Positions 48,496-62,400 are shown, counted from the first letter of the whole stretch. The stretch: 63,406 bases of DNA, filler included, from Hausera hauseri (GCA_046269625.1; 11 parts of 11 records of this genome joined end to end with filler, not necessarily neighbours in it), one strand, 5' to 3'. Program-made: numbers and translations. Notes: generated by a model not told the origin, from the letters alone.

Positions 48496-50388
48496 TGGTT
48501 AACTAAAGTTATACCCATACTCTTTCTGTTTAGTCTTATGCCAAAACACTATCAATTATTGCTTAGGATGGCAGTCAAGCCAAGGAAAGCCAAATATACT
48601 CCTTACTGGATTTAGAAAATGCACATTTGCCAACCCAACGTCACTAACTAAAAAACGGATAAGGAATATTATGTCGGAATTTGTAAAAATAAAAGTGAAA
48701 GAATGTTTTGTTCTGAAAAGTCACTTTCATTTTATTTGTGGATACTGGTATGGAAACTCAGCTATAGTCGAACCAACTACTGCATTTAAACCACTCCTGA
48801 TAAGTAAAGGATGTGCATAGAAGCTTTTGTAACAAAAGAGATAAATATTGGAAGTATCCGACGCAAGGCTCAGAAAAGAAAAATTATCAACAGAAAAATT
48901 TTTATGGCTGGAGCAATATATACAACGGGATATTGCAAAGGCGAATCATATAATATTAATGGTGAAATCTTGCACAATATTGTAGCCACTGAGGGTTATC
49001 AAGTCGAGTTGAGGGAATACGATGCTCTTTTTGAATTATCATCAGGAAAAATGATTACATTACCCGAATGTGTTTATTATTATAAAGAATGTGAAACCGG
49101 CAAATCAATCATGTCGTATGAAGTAAACAAGGATCAGTGTCAGTTAGCCTTGCTGCGAACTGGAAAGTTCAATGAAACAAAAGGAAAAATGTGTAAAGAA
49201 GAAATATCAAAAAGCAGATTAGATGGAGCATCAGATACAACGGAAACAGCAACTATAGTGTACTAAACAGACTCAAGTGAAGGGATGAGATTTAAAATAG
49301 AAAGTGACACAAAAAATGCAATCAAATAGTATATCGAACAAACTACAAAGGTATATTTTTATCAACAACTAAAGTAGTTGAAGCAAAAAGAAACAGATAA
49401 ATTGGAAGTGAAGCCGCATTTATACTTCGACAACATGATCAATTTTATCTACAACATCCAACAAGAAAATATTTATGCAATATATAGAGAAATAATACTA
49501 AACGACTTCAAACTGAATATAGAAATAATAAGAAATCGGATATATCTGTCAGCAATAACGGCTGGAATAATAAAAGATCCAACTGAATTGCCCGATGCAG
49601 AAGGAAAGTTTGCGAGAACAATGGTTGAAGCCCTTGTAACTCTTGAGTGTGCAAGAGTAGCAGTTAAATTAAGACCGATTAAAGATTGTACCATGGAACT
49701 ACCTGTTCGGTATAAAGAAAAACCACGTTTCTTACAACCAATTACTAAGATATTGTTAGATCCTATGGAAAAACCGCTCATACATCAAAATTGTACATAT
49801 ACGATGTCACCAACATTTAGGTTGAGCAATGATTACTGGATAAGAATGCCCGGCAAAGAGGTCACCTCACCTAGAATTAGTTTAATTAATTGAAAGACCG
49901 AACAAACATAAGCCGTTGACAGACCTAGTAAAGATAAGTGTTTATTCCAAACAAGATATGGAGAATCATAGGAGAATAATGATGTTCCGCAACAGAGACA
50001 GAAAGTCTTAACAGAAATAACTATGAGGGTGTTATCCGAACATACTGGTATAGCTAATTGGGACAACTTGATAGGACCTGATTACGCTAAGAAAATTGCT
50101 CAAGATATATTTGCAACTGCATGGGGATGGTATATGTGGTTTGTTCAGTTTAATTCAGGATGGCTAGGATTTTATTATATCTTTGCCTTTATAAAAGCAA
50201 TCCTCACAATGGTAACAAAAGGATATTGTATAAAACAAACTGCTGGTTGTACATAGAGAATTATTTATGAGTAATATAATTTGTAGGAAGTTGTTTTCTG
50301 ATAAAGAAAGATGCAGAATGACAGCAGAAAATAAAAATAAAGAGGAAACAGATAAAGATGAAGATGAGCCCCTCCAATGAATAAACAA
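48496..50388 (+). pseudogene. Chuvirus-like (class III, gB-type) envelope glycoprotein, fragmented
   Basis: Signal peptide, IIA*DG...YSLLD; FICG; GYCKGESY; ECVYYYKECETG; EALVTLECARVAV...DCTMELPV...RFLQPITKIL...NC...PTFRL...W; C-terminal TM region. Confidence 0.8.
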
Positions 50389-50596
50389 AAGAAAGCAGAA
50401 CGACAGTCACTCCAAAATACAAAGAAAACATGGAGCTTAATTAGGGCCCGAAGCAAAAAGCGAAGAACGATGTTTTCCGACATCCCACAGATAAGGAGAT
50501 GGAATGAATATCCAACGGAACAGCAGCAATTAATTTCTCCTAATGAATATATAGACATACATTGTTCAAGCGATAGATAATTATGACTCAAAACAT

Positions 50597-51290
50597 ATGA
50601 AACTCACATTTTGTCCATCAGCTCCAAAGGAAGCTTTGATAACTAGTATAGATGAAGGTAAAGTAATACCTCGTCCAGTAATATGGATGGATGGACATCC
50701 TATTACTGCTATAATTGATATGGGAGCATCTGATTCCATGATTTCACGAAAGAAACTACCAGAACCATTGAAGAAAAAGCTACAAAAACCAACAGAAGAT
50801 ATTACAAATATAGGAGCTTTTGGAACTAAGGTACAAGTAAGAGATCTGATACAATGTCAAACAAAAGTTCTTAATCAGAAATTCGAACAAGAATTTATAG
50901 TAGCGGACGAATTAGTGGCAGAAGCCATACTTGGCTGTGATGAACTGGCAACATTAAAAGATATGTGCATATATCTGGAAACCCAACAAATCCAGCCGTT
51001 TCGAAAAACAAAAAAAAGAAATAGTGTCTATTAAGGAAGATGTATTGATACCGCCCAGAATGGAAATCGTGCTCAAGGCTGTAGTACAAGGAAGAGATGA
51101 AGGGGATGTTTAAATCGAGTCTAGTATAACCTTCATGGATAAAAATGAACTATGGATAGCCCACACTATTGACAATATTCGAGAACGACAAGTAATTGTT
51201 CGATTAGCTGATGTCTCAAGCAAACCCAAATTTCTCAGGAAAGGCACAAGAACCGCCTGCGTATGTGCCATAAAAGACAGGTAATAATGC
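50597..51290 (+). pseudogene. Retropepsin (Gypsy-type protease) followed by the dUTPase-like spacer typical of Gypsy Pol
   Basis: AIIDMGASDSMI (DTG variant); EAILGCDEL; then VLIPPRMEIVL...VIVRLADVS..PKFLRKGT. Confidence 0.8.
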
Positions 51291-51647
51291 AACGGGAGCC
51301 ATTATTTCCAGTGCAAGAATTATCCGAATTTATAGAAAAACACCGACAATAACCACAAGTAGAATATGGAATAAGATTTGAGGATGAACCTGTGAACAAA
51401 TTAAAAGATCACCTCAACAAAAATAACATACATTTTTACACTACTCATTGACTATATTGTGTGGAAATTACTGTATTGCATGGCTTATAAGCCAATATGT
51501 GTAATGTACAAATATATGTATTTTTATGAAAACTATCCCTTGTTCTTTATACTCGTTAAAGAATACAAATGGAATATTAGTTTCTAAAAATACTATAACT
51601 GTTAAAAACAAAAGCAATAATGACAAAAACTAATATTTATTAAAAAA

Positions 51648-52106
51648 CTATAACAACTCATCAGAACCTAACCATGAATAGTAATAGTACATATTGACCA
51701 AATTTGTTATTGTCGAATAAGATATCTGCTTGCGGTCTGTATTGTATACTTCCACCATCTGTCGTACTGTTGCGCAAGGCTTACACTCATACAAGCCCAA
51801 GTTGATGAAACAATTTAGACATTGGCGGTGATTTTTGCAGCAACCCACCACTGTATATCGTACTTCGTTAGTCCAGCACACCACACATCTATAATCTGTT
51901 ACTTTCCTCAGCTCGGAAATGGGGCATGATTCTATTTTTCGTATTTCATTGTAAATTTTGCACATTTCACTGGAATTGCTGCACATGGGGCAAGTTGGCT
52001 GTTGCTGGAACTAATCCACTATGCAATTTAGACAGTGGTAGTGAGTACAACCACGTAAGCGAACGTTGAATCATTTTAACTTTTCTCGGCAGGTTGAACA
52101 GATCAT
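51648..52106 (-). pseudogene. Double RING-finger protein, virus-like compact gene
   Basis: MICSTC...GCTHYHCLNC...CPMC, then CVVC...GCCKNHRQCLNC...CKPC; TATAAG ~30 nt upstream. Confidence 0.7.
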
Positions 52107-52510
52107 TTTAGAAACAAATTTGTCATATTTACGACTTCTTATAGTAACATTTAGCCAATAGAAATTAAGACACACGTGTGTGCGTTCAACTAATATACCT
52201 AGATTTTTTATAATATATGTATTGATGTTTTAATGTATAAAGTATACGATTAATACTTAGCAAAAAACTAAGAAATAGGAATTAAAGGTATAGAAAATAA
52301 TACGTGTATGGGTGTAGAAATTAAAAAACAATTTCTTACGTTAGAAACCAATGATGTACAGAAATGCGATAAGACAGATACAAAAATGTATTCCACAGTC
52401 GGATGTTTAAGAATATCAGTTTTCAGACTGTTATTTAATAAAGTTTTCAGACTTTCTTATTTAATAAAATTTTGTGTTAATTTTATAAGTGTTAATTTAT
52501 AAATGAAAAT

Positions 52511-52762
52511 ATTAGATGGATATTCATTAGGTCCACAAAACATCAACAAAACACATTTTGTCAATTATTAGATGGATATTTATTAGGTCGATAGAACATC
52601 AACATTTTGTCAATTATTAGATGGATATTTATTACGTCGATAAAACATCAACAAAACACATTGTCAATTATTAGATGGATATTTATTAGGTCGATAAAAC
52701 ATCAATAAAACACATGTCAAATATATGGATATTTATTAGGTTGATAAAATATCAATAAAACA
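52511..52762. repeat. Tandem repeat, ~5 copies of a 50-57-bp unit
   Basis: ATTAGATGGATATTTATTAGGTCGATAAAACATCAACAAAACACATTGTCAATT. Confidence 0.9.
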
Positions 52763-52779
52763 AAGGCAAAAAAACACTA

Positions 52780-53620
52780 ATCATAAATTGTGGCCCTAAA
52801 GAGGACCGGTTTTTCCTTCTCAAAATGTGGCTCTGAAGAGGACCGCTTGTACATTCTCAATTAAATGTACAATTGGTAAATGTACAATTTTTGTACACAT
52901 TACCAATTTCCACCTTCTGCAGATCTGTCATTGTTCCGACATCCATCATCACATTCGCTTCTGCGACATTGGCTTCAACCTCCATTTCTGTTACAGCTAC
53001 GATCGCCTACACCTCCCTTTCGGCCATATCCACGATCGCCTGTACTGCAACTTCTGCCACGTCCACATTCGTCTGCACTTCCATTGTTAATATGTCAACG
53101 TCCGCCTGCACTTGCATTTCTATTGTGTCCACGGTTGCCTGGACTTCCTTCTCTGCTGTTGTTTGGACATTAGAAGCAACTGTCCCCGTCTTCCCGACTA
53201 CGTTTTCTTTACGTTTCATTCTCATAATTAGTTTCCCTTGCTCAAAGAGTCTGCTCTGCAGGTGTTCAATCAACTGATCTCTTTCCCTCAGCAGTTTATC
53301 AACCTCAGCGAACCTGGCTTTCAACTGTCGAACTTCATCTGTATCTTCCGTTGGCTTCGGCTTCGTTTGTATCTCTAAACGTATGTTTAGATTTTTGTGG
53401 AATTTCGACGCCTTCAGATTGTCTATTTGTTGTGAGACAATTTCTCTGCCCATATCCACTTTAAGATTTAGCCGACGTCGTTTCCGAACCTCATACTCGT
53501 TCTGCCATTTTCCTTTGATTTTTTGGGTAATTTCCCTTCTATCCTGTGTGCAATTAGCTTTCTAAATTGCACTAGCCAACTGTGATACACTCATTTTTGT
53601 GAGCCTTGGTTCACCCGTTT
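52780..53620 (-). pseudogene. Hypothetical coiled-coil protein with 11-aa VQ(A/T) repeats, disrupted
   Basis: ORF 53007-53459 shows a coiled coil then EVQATVDT/EMQVQADVD/EVQTNVD repeats continuing in another frame. Confidence 0.4.
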
Positions 53621-53720
53621 NNNNNNNNNNNNNNNNNNNNNNNNNNNNNNNNNNNNNNNNNNNNTTAATTAATTAANNNNNNNNNNNNNNNNNNNNNNNN
53701 NNNNNNNNNNNNNNNNNNNN
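53621..53720. other. Artificial contig spacer
   Basis: N44-TTAATTAATTAA-N44. Confidence 0.99.
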
Positions 53721-56382
53721 AAAGATATTCTTCATAGCCTAAACAACACCAATACCTATTCTACCATTGATCTGCACAAGGCCTACCATCAAATTCCTGT
53801 TGCACCTGATGACATTCCAAAAACTTCTGGCATCACACCATTTGGTTTTTGCGAGTATATCTTCATGCCTTTCGGCCTACGTAATACATCTCAGACCTTT
53901 CAGCGCCACATTGACACCGTTTTTTCTAGTCTCGATTTTGCTCATCCATACATAGATGACATATTAGTCGCTTCCAGCTTCATTAAACAACATCATATGC
54001 ATCTTAGAATCATTTCCCACAGATTGCATCAAAGCAACCTGCAAGTTAATTTCGCCAAATGCAATTTCTTCGAGAAACGCGTCAACCTCTTAGGCCATAT
54101 AATTACTCCCGAAGGGCATTCGCCCAAGCCTGATTGTTTACAACAATTAAAAAATGTGACGCTGCCAACTACTACTACCGAAATGAGGAGCTTTCTAGGG
54201 ACATTGCATTTTGTACACAAATACGTACCACACTGTTCCGAACTAACGGCACCTTTCGCACATCTTTCATCTGGGAAGAAAAGATAATTAATCCATTAGA
54301 CTCCCCATATAGTAAACTAATTTGATCGCCTTCGTGAAGGTCTGAAAACTGGAAATCTTGGCCATTCCAAAACAAACCGCTGAACTAATATTAACTACCG
54401 ATGTCTCAACCACAGCAACTGGTGCGATATTACACCAAATATACAATGGCTTCGATGAACCATTAAAATACTTTTCCCAAAAGCTCACGCAACCGGAAAG
54501 CCGAGACTTAACATTCGATCGTGAATTCTTGGTTGTAGTTCTAGCGGTAAAGCATTTCAAGCACTTGCTTCTTTCACGTCAATTGACCATCCAAACCGAC
54601 CATAAGCCTCTACTTCACATAATGACTTTGAAAAATCCCTCACTCAGACAAGAACAACAGATATCATACCTGTCGACGTTTAGTTTTTCAATGAAATATA
54701 TTTCAGGCACCGAAAATTTAGTAGCGGACTTACTTTCGCGATCGGTTAACTCTATTACAGTTCAGACAGTTCCCTCCTCTGACGTCCTGAGAAGCAATCA
54801 GCCATCATCTGACATTCTCCAAGCATTTAAATCTGTTGAAATCATCGATGGCATCGCTTATGACACTTCCAACTCGATCAACAAGAAAATCATTCTTGTT
54901 CAATTGCTACAAAAGACATCTTTCAATCACTTTCACTCTTTTCGTCATTCGGGTTCAAAAGCCATATTTCGTCTATTGCAATACCACGTTGTATGGCCAG
55001 CTATGCGTACCGATGTACAGATCTGGGTCAAGGGATGTGTAGCATGTCAACAATACAAGGTTCATAAACACCTCAAACCACTACTCTGCCACTTCCCGTG
55101 TACTTCTTGTTTGAAAACCGTGCATTTGGATCTTGTGGGTACTCTACCTTCCGACAATTGTTATCAATATATCATATTCATGATGGATCGTGCTTCTCGC
55201 TGACCGGAAGCCCTTCCGCATCGACCAACCAACACTGACTCAGTATCTGATGCATTTATCAAGATATGGGTCAGCCGTTTTGGCTCACCACGTTATGTCA
55301 TAAATCTCTTGTAAAGAACTTGGGGATAGTCTATCTCCATACGACGCTGTACCATACCCAAGCAAATGGTCTTCTGGAGAGATTTCATCGCACCATAAAG
55401 ATTTCTTTAAAAATCCTGGCAAACAGCAATTATAATTGGACCTCAATCCTTCCTCTTGTCCTACCCGATTGGTGCAATACGCCATCCACCACCACAGGCT
55501 GTGCACCAGCGGAGGCTCTCTTTGGGATACCAGTTTGTGCACTATTTGAGCTCTCCAATCTCAATGAAAGTCCGCCAGATGAAGTTAATCGTGCGGCACA
55601 GACTTACTTTGCTGATGTCCACTCAAATACCTTCTGCCATCTTATAAATAAAGAAAAATCTTATATCCCAGAGGACTTATACTCAGCCAAGTTTGTATGG
55701 CTGAAGAATACGTCACCTTATGGTTTTCGGACTCAATACGATGGCCCTTACAAATTACTGAACCTTTCCTTGTACAACGCTACTATTTTACGCAACGGCA
55801 AACCTCAAAACGTATACATCTTTAATCTTAAGCCAGCATTCTTCGTTGACGACGACCAGGATAAGAGCCTTGTTTCAAATACAACTTCTAACTTCTCTAC
55901 CATCGAGCCGTCACATAATTTCCTTGATGATTTTAATCTTTCGCAGCATTCACGCTCGCGTCACAATCAGCTCTCTTTACTTCTGTCATCATTCACTGCT
56001 CCCTCACTATCTGCCTCTCCGTCGTCGCCTGCACATACATTAATCATTTCATCTTCATCGCACGATTTGCTGTTATCTCTAGTCTCTTCTTTTTCTCGTG
56101 ATCCTTTTCCCTTTTCAGCTTCTTCTCCATTTTCACCTCTTCATGAAGCACCCTCCGGCACCACAAAATCCAGAGTACCTCTCCCTCAAACAAGTCCAGA
56201 AGCACCAGTAACATCTAACAGGTCACGCCAAGCAACATTTTGTACTTACAGCAGGGAGAAGTTAACAGATGGAATTTAATGCCTAACACGTACCAAAACG
56301 GAATAAATACAAGTTCTTCTTTTTCCTATTATAATCTCCATTTATTCTTCTCTTTATAGTCTTCATCTGGCCACAGGGGGGA
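53721..56382 (+). mobile_element. Ty3/Gypsy pol (RT, RNase H, integrase) of the same family, with PPT
   Basis: YIDDIL; TTDVS; HSFRHSG...CVACQ; VHLDLVG; QANGLLERFHRTIK; YDGPYK; PPT AGGGGGGA followed by TGTGG at 56383. Confidence 0.95.
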
Positions 56383-56489
56383 TGTGGTTTCGCGGTTGCG
56401 GGTACAGCTCTTTTTCTCAGATTCGAAAATTCAACTTTAAGCGGAAATAGTAATCTCTCCGACATGTGTCTCTCTTATTTTGGAAAGCA

Positions 56490-56780
56490 AACAACGGATC
56501 GATACTTCAATGTTAAACTTGGCGATTTTGGATACGATGCTAGGAACTGTTGGATTTGCGGCTTTTAAAATTTACGATGAACAGTACGATGTTAAAAAGT
56601 TCATATAATAAATGTCATACAGTCATGTAAGTTGTGATTAAGGCAGTGATCAGCCGGTTTTTAAATATATTCATTTAATGACAGACAAAATGTTACGGGA
56701 AGTCATTAGTTCTTGTATCCATCCATTTTAGACTTACACACCTACATCAACGAAGATATTTCACGACCCATCATTCTTGG
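56490..56780 (+). pseudogene. WNK-like protein kinase C-lobe fragment, heavily degraded
   Basis: Manual translation across frames: NVKLGDFG; MLGTVGFAA.KIYDEQYD; CHTVM*VVIKAVIS; MTDKMLREVISSCIHP (compare WNK GTPEFMAPEMYEEKYD...KEIIEGCI). Confidence 0.55.
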
Positions 56781-57049
56781 ATAACAATCTCGACGATTCA
56801 GCGTATATTTTTTGTTGTAATAACACCGAATTTACAAATTTCCAAAAAATGCCTTTGCAAACAACGCTTGTAAACATAATTACGTCATCTTACACTTCTC
56901 CAAGATGCCTTTTAGAAGGTAGAAAAATATAGACACGGATTTTGTTTCAGATCAAAATTTACATCATTTTACACTTTTACAATGCTCTCTTGCACCATTT
57001 GGTTGTCATGGTTGTTGAATATGGTTCTTGCTTGTATTTTGATTCTTTT

Positions 57050-57409
57050 TCCTCTGTTCTGTAAAGTAGTTTCACAATCAGCAAATTCAATTATGGCCGA
57101 TCAATCATTGTGTACGGTAAATGTGATTTAACGGTAAATATCTGCGATATTAATTGTTGTTGTTATCCGCTTTGCTCAAATTTTGTTATTCAATTTACTT
57201 GTATTCAAAATTCGATTGTAACGAATAATCAAGTGTGTTATTACCAAGCTGTTAACCAAGCAACAAATACTCAAACTACTTCCAGCATCAGTAATGGATT
57301 CTGTGTTTATAAAAATAACAATGATCAATTCAATAATTTGAAATTTGCATTAGCAGCCTTTTTCTTACTCTTATTTATTGTGGATTTATTTTACGTAACA
57401 AATAACTAG
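57050..57409 (+). pseudogene. Tectonic (TCTN) N-terminal Cys-rich fragment
   Basis: CDLTVNICDINCCCYPLCS resembles tectonic CDLT...CD.NCCCD.DC; later FCVYKNN; truncated. Confidence 0.7.
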
Positions 57410-57476
57410 AATAACTCCTAAAGTTATGAAAGTTCACCGGTAGGAATGATCTCACACGCCTAGGTCGGTAAAATGA

Positions 57477-58387
57477 TCAGAATCCGGTAGGAGCTACTTC
57501 TGTGCACCAAACGGTAATATTTTCTGACAGAAGTAACATGCATATGTGGCTCAAAACATATTCGTCTGTCCAAACCAATGGTTTATTGCAATTATTGCAA
57601 TACCGCTGTGCCATTTTCGTTTCTATTATTGTTTTCAACTGATGCAGAAAATCGCATATACAGTTCCAACCGTGGAAAACGTAATACTGCGGCTGTGCAG
57701 CAGCTTTTACTGGGACTACCAACATACAGATAGCGATTTGGATGTGCCTTTGGCCATATAAGGTGTGCCGTGGCAGAATGGATTCAATATCTGCATGTAC
57801 AAAGTATGCAGGACTGTCGGTTGTTGACCAGTCACGGACTCTGAGTTCTTTTTTGACAGGCATGACGTACATTGTGGTTCCCGAGGAATTCTGCTTGCAT
57901 AGTGTCACATGTTTTTTCCATGTTGTTTCTGACCTGAAACCATGCAGACGTACAGGACACCACTTACTTTGTATTTGCTTTTAAATGATCTGATCATGTG
58001 CCATGTTCATTAGTCTGCCCAAATTTGTCGCAGCCACGTAGTGAAATTTTTTCTCTTCCTCTAACAGTAACATATTTATCATTTTTTTAAAATTATATCC
58101 ACATGGGGGTTCTTGTAAATTTTTTCATTTGTCGGTATTTCTTCTAATATGTTGTACCAGAACGCGTTGATTGAGAATGTCGTATTACGCCGTTCAAAAG
58201 CCGAAATGGATTTTAGTTTCATCGGCGTCCAAAATTCATCAAATTCCAATTAGGAAAAGTACTGCCGATACTTATTTGGACAATACGTTTGATTTCTGGG
58301 CACTAATTCATATTTCATTACCGCCAGAATACTTTAGAGAAAATAGAATTTGTCATCAGTATTTTGTGCATTCCGTATCGCTAGAGA
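57477..58387 (-). pseudogene. Polinton pPolB N-terminal/exonuclease fragment
   Basis: NAQNTDDK..F..SILA; ISAFERRN..FSINAF; FHYVAATNLGRL; KHVTLC; VHADIESIL. Confidence 0.8.
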
Positions 58388-58487
58388 NNNNNNNNNNNNN
58401 NNNNNNNNNNNNNNNNNNNNNNNNNNNNNNNTTAATTAATTAANNNNNNNNNNNNNNNNNNNNNNNNNNNNNNNNNNNNNNNNNNNN
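58388..58487. other. Artificial contig spacer
   Basis: N44-TTAATTAATTAA-N44. Confidence 0.99.
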
Positions 58488-58734
58488 TATAATAATCCAC
58501 AATTGTAGCAATGGTTATGAAGTTATTAATTGTATGCAGGCGCTAAGATACAAAACAACGAAAATCTCCAGCAATATAGTAAAACCACCAATAGTATTAT
58601 ATTTCAATTAAAATTTTTTATTAAAAATCAGTAGGAATATGTAAACAATAAAAAAAATGACTATATAATTTTGAGTCTTATTGGGTGAATGTTGGCACCA
58701 CACATCCCTATGAATCCTATGCCACGAAAACAAG

Positions 58735-59410
58735 AATTGGCTGGATGCGTTACCCATTGTGCTATTAGCATGGAAAAACTCCAAACACTAGCACCGATGC
58801 CTCTCAGGCACAACTACTATTTGGTGCACACCTCACATTCCCACAAGATCTGGTGAGCAACGAGGAAGTAACTTCAATTCCAGCTCTCAACCAAGCCCGG
58901 AAGCATTTCCTGTCCATAGACACGAACCCTGCATTCCTCAACAATCACAAGGAACCCGTCATGCCAAAGGACCTACAAGATGCATCCTTTATGTGGCTAA
59001 AAAGCCAACAGAGACACGGTTTTGAACCGTACTATACGGGCCCCTACAAGCTCATAAAAATCCCTGAGCACAACGCCAAAATACTGCGAGACAATGAGGA
59101 ACATATAGTCCACTTGTCGAATGTAAAACCCGCATTCGGCTATCACAATTCCGATACCGAAGATACTATCGAACAAAACGCACCAAGCATGTCAGAAGTA
59201 GACAAGCTTCGGGAAAACTATGAAAAAATTTATCCATTCAATATAAGCACTCCCATAACATATGACACAACCCCGGTCCAAACGGAAACACATATTACCC
59301 CGACGCCCGTACTTCCAGAAACGGAACGTACAACAATACGTAACCACACTCCGGCCGCACCGGTATCAAGTCCCACCAGGAGTGCATCCAAGATACCACG
59401 AGTCCACTAA
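58735..59410 (+). pseudogene. Gypsy integrase C-terminus (GPY/F), same family
   Basis: WLDALPIVLLAWKN; MPKDLQDASFMWLK...GFEPYYTGPYK...VHLSNVKPAF parallels 55266-56279. Confidence 0.85.
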
Positions 59411-62400
59411 AACCCTAAGGTTTGAAAGAAAGAGTACCCGATTGCACGCAGCATGTACATCGCATCAAAGCAGGTGGGGATCAAACCCACAGTGCAGAAT
59501 CGACACTCGCTCATACCGCTTTTTATACGCGACGGGCAAGCCACACACAACCAGGCGACTCATTAGAAGCTCGCCGATAAACCCAACAATTTTCAATTTG
59601 ACACGGTTGTCGAGTCATCCCACAACCGTTGTCCCATTACGGAACTTGCATTTTCCACAACACCGTTGTGTCTCATTTCGTTGTCAGCTTTTGACACGAA
59701 AAATCTACCGAGCAGGCGAAACACTCCATCTTGATCTGAACACATGCGGAATTTCGTTTCACAGATCGCCAAAACCAACAAGTACAGGCGGTCCGTCCAA
59801 ACGTTTTAACAACGTAAAATTACTATAAAATTCACGACAAAAATCTCTTTCAAATCTCTATTTCATGATAAAATTTATAAATATTTCGAAACCAATGTTT
59901 CTGCTAAAATTGAAAAACTGCCGATAAATTCAATTCAAATTCATCTCTAAAGCAGTCAAAAAGAAAGTCCGATAAAGAAACTATTGACTAATGATTACAT
60001 AACTGATGTAAACTTATGCCTTTAATATATACCAGCACGTAATCGGCCCATTAACAAGTAATGTAAGAAAATAAGCAATTTTCTTCAAAGGGCTTTTTTC
60101 TGCAGTAATAGGTGTGGTTAAAATGGGCGGTACGAACTAACTACGAGATAAAACCTATTGTTAAGAAAGGTTCAAAATATTTTGTTAAACATTTAGAAAA
60201 GAATCCACCTATTCAAGCATATAAGCTGGTCCACAAAATGTTCTAAAGGAACTCCAAAATTCAGCCACCAAACTTGTGAAATCCTATCAACAAATATATT
60301 CTGAAAAATCCTAATCACTCAGTGACATTATTTTATACAATGAGACAGGAATACGTTTTTATTAGTGTCAAAACATTAACAATGACACTATTTAGAACGA
60401 AGAAAAGTAGAACACCAACTGAACAATTCTGTCTATCATCAAATGACTAGTATCGACAACATATAGACATTTTGTACGCCAGACAACACAAAAAAGAAAT
60501 ATAAATAAGGTGTATCACGCTACTGAAGTATCGTTCGATTACGGCAAATTACAATTCTCACACTATTAATTCACAAGCATGAGTGTACTAACGAATATAA
60601 TATATAAATGCAATATTTAACAAATTCATGACATCTCAAATGTACATGTTAAACAAAGTCTAAAAGTTGGAAATATTCTTACTCTTCTTGTTGAACCATA
60701 ATATCATTAATATTAGTCTGGTTTCCGGGAAATAATTTTGTCACATCGATTTGTTGAATTCTAAAAATAAATGTAGCATTGTAAATCAAGAAACATAACA
60801 ACCATTCGTCAGTGGAAAGAATCGACTGACTATCAGACAACTGATTTACCTGTGTAATTTGTAGTATGCTTTAAAAACAATTATGTTGAAACACAAAAGA
60901 AATTTAATAATGATCCTATACCACAATTATTGTAGTTAAATAAATAATGAAATCTTAAATATAAAATAAAAAACATGTAGATATCTATAGTACCCTATTG
61001 GATATGTCAAATTCTGCAATGCATTCTTTATTCTGAGATTACCTGGTATTTTCTTGAAAATTTTTACGATGGACAATAAACTAAACGGTCACTTTCTTTC
61101 TTGCCGCTGCTAACTGTTCATCACGAGTACGATCAGACATTTGGAAATCTTTCCAAAACTTTCCATGGAAATCCTACATAGAAAACAAATAAACGTTGAC
61201 GTCTTTTCAAGGTCACAACTGTATTTTATGTAGCAAAAATGCTTTGTAAATGCTCTCTATCACCGTGCTTTTCACGACTGTTAATTAATTAAGACAATCG
61301 AAGATAAAAAATAAATCTACTTTTCAAATTCTCGTTTCTTGTTGTCTGGCATACTTTTTCAATGTTAAAAAGTCTTCTTGCAATGGCAAATATTTATCTT
61401 CTAAATTATCTCTGGTCCATGTCGATATAGTTTTTCGTTTCTGTGCCATATTCGTTTTGCGGGCACTTCCAAAATCGGTGCTCAAATCTAAGTTGATAAA
61501 TAGAAAACATGAAAATCAATTTAAAGATACTTCGGTGGTAGAAATAGTTTATAATATTTAAAATAACTATTTGGTAGTTCTTGTGTTTTATACCTAGAAG
61601 AATTTGAAAATTCACGATTAATATCATTTGGGCCCATGGTAGAAATTTTATATCATGTAAAAATTTAAATGGGCGCTTTAAAAATCTCTAGAAAACTAAA
61701 ATTATTTTTACTTAGTTAAACAAAACCAGTGTGACTCCAAATCCAGTGAACTCTAGTTTGTCGGTGTATACTAATGTTCCATCAATAATAAATTCAGTGT
61801 AAGGCATCCATTGGTAAAAAATTGAATTTTCATTGAAGTAATATTTAAAAATTTAATTCAATTGATAATCTATATGGAAGATCCACCAAAGAAAAAATCT
61901 CATATTTTCTTCAGGCACTAGACACTTATTTGAAAACTCTGAAACGCATAAATTTTTTCAATTTAGCACGAATTCTGGAACCTGCGGCAAACCAAAAATT
62001 CTACAAATTTTGCTTAATTCTAGATTTATAATTAAAATATGATCTACACAAATGCTTTCAATCAAATAATTAATATCAGAAAACATTTCACTAGACCACA
62101 TACTGTTGTCAACAAAATATTTAAACGAATTTCTTTAAAATAAAATTGCACATACAATGATAAGTGGGTTATTCGATTTATTTGCATATGAACCTTTATT
62201 GGGGCTAAAACATTTAACATTACTGAAATTTGTATATAAATTATTGACATTTTGCCATAATTCATTTGGTATGAAAAATAATTCCGTTTTATCTTGATTA
62301 TTAGGACAATAATTAGGCAACTGTTTGTACGTAATTTGTTGCCAATTTATAATTAGAAGAGTGTCAAAATAGTTGATTTGTATAATTTATAAGTTAAAAT

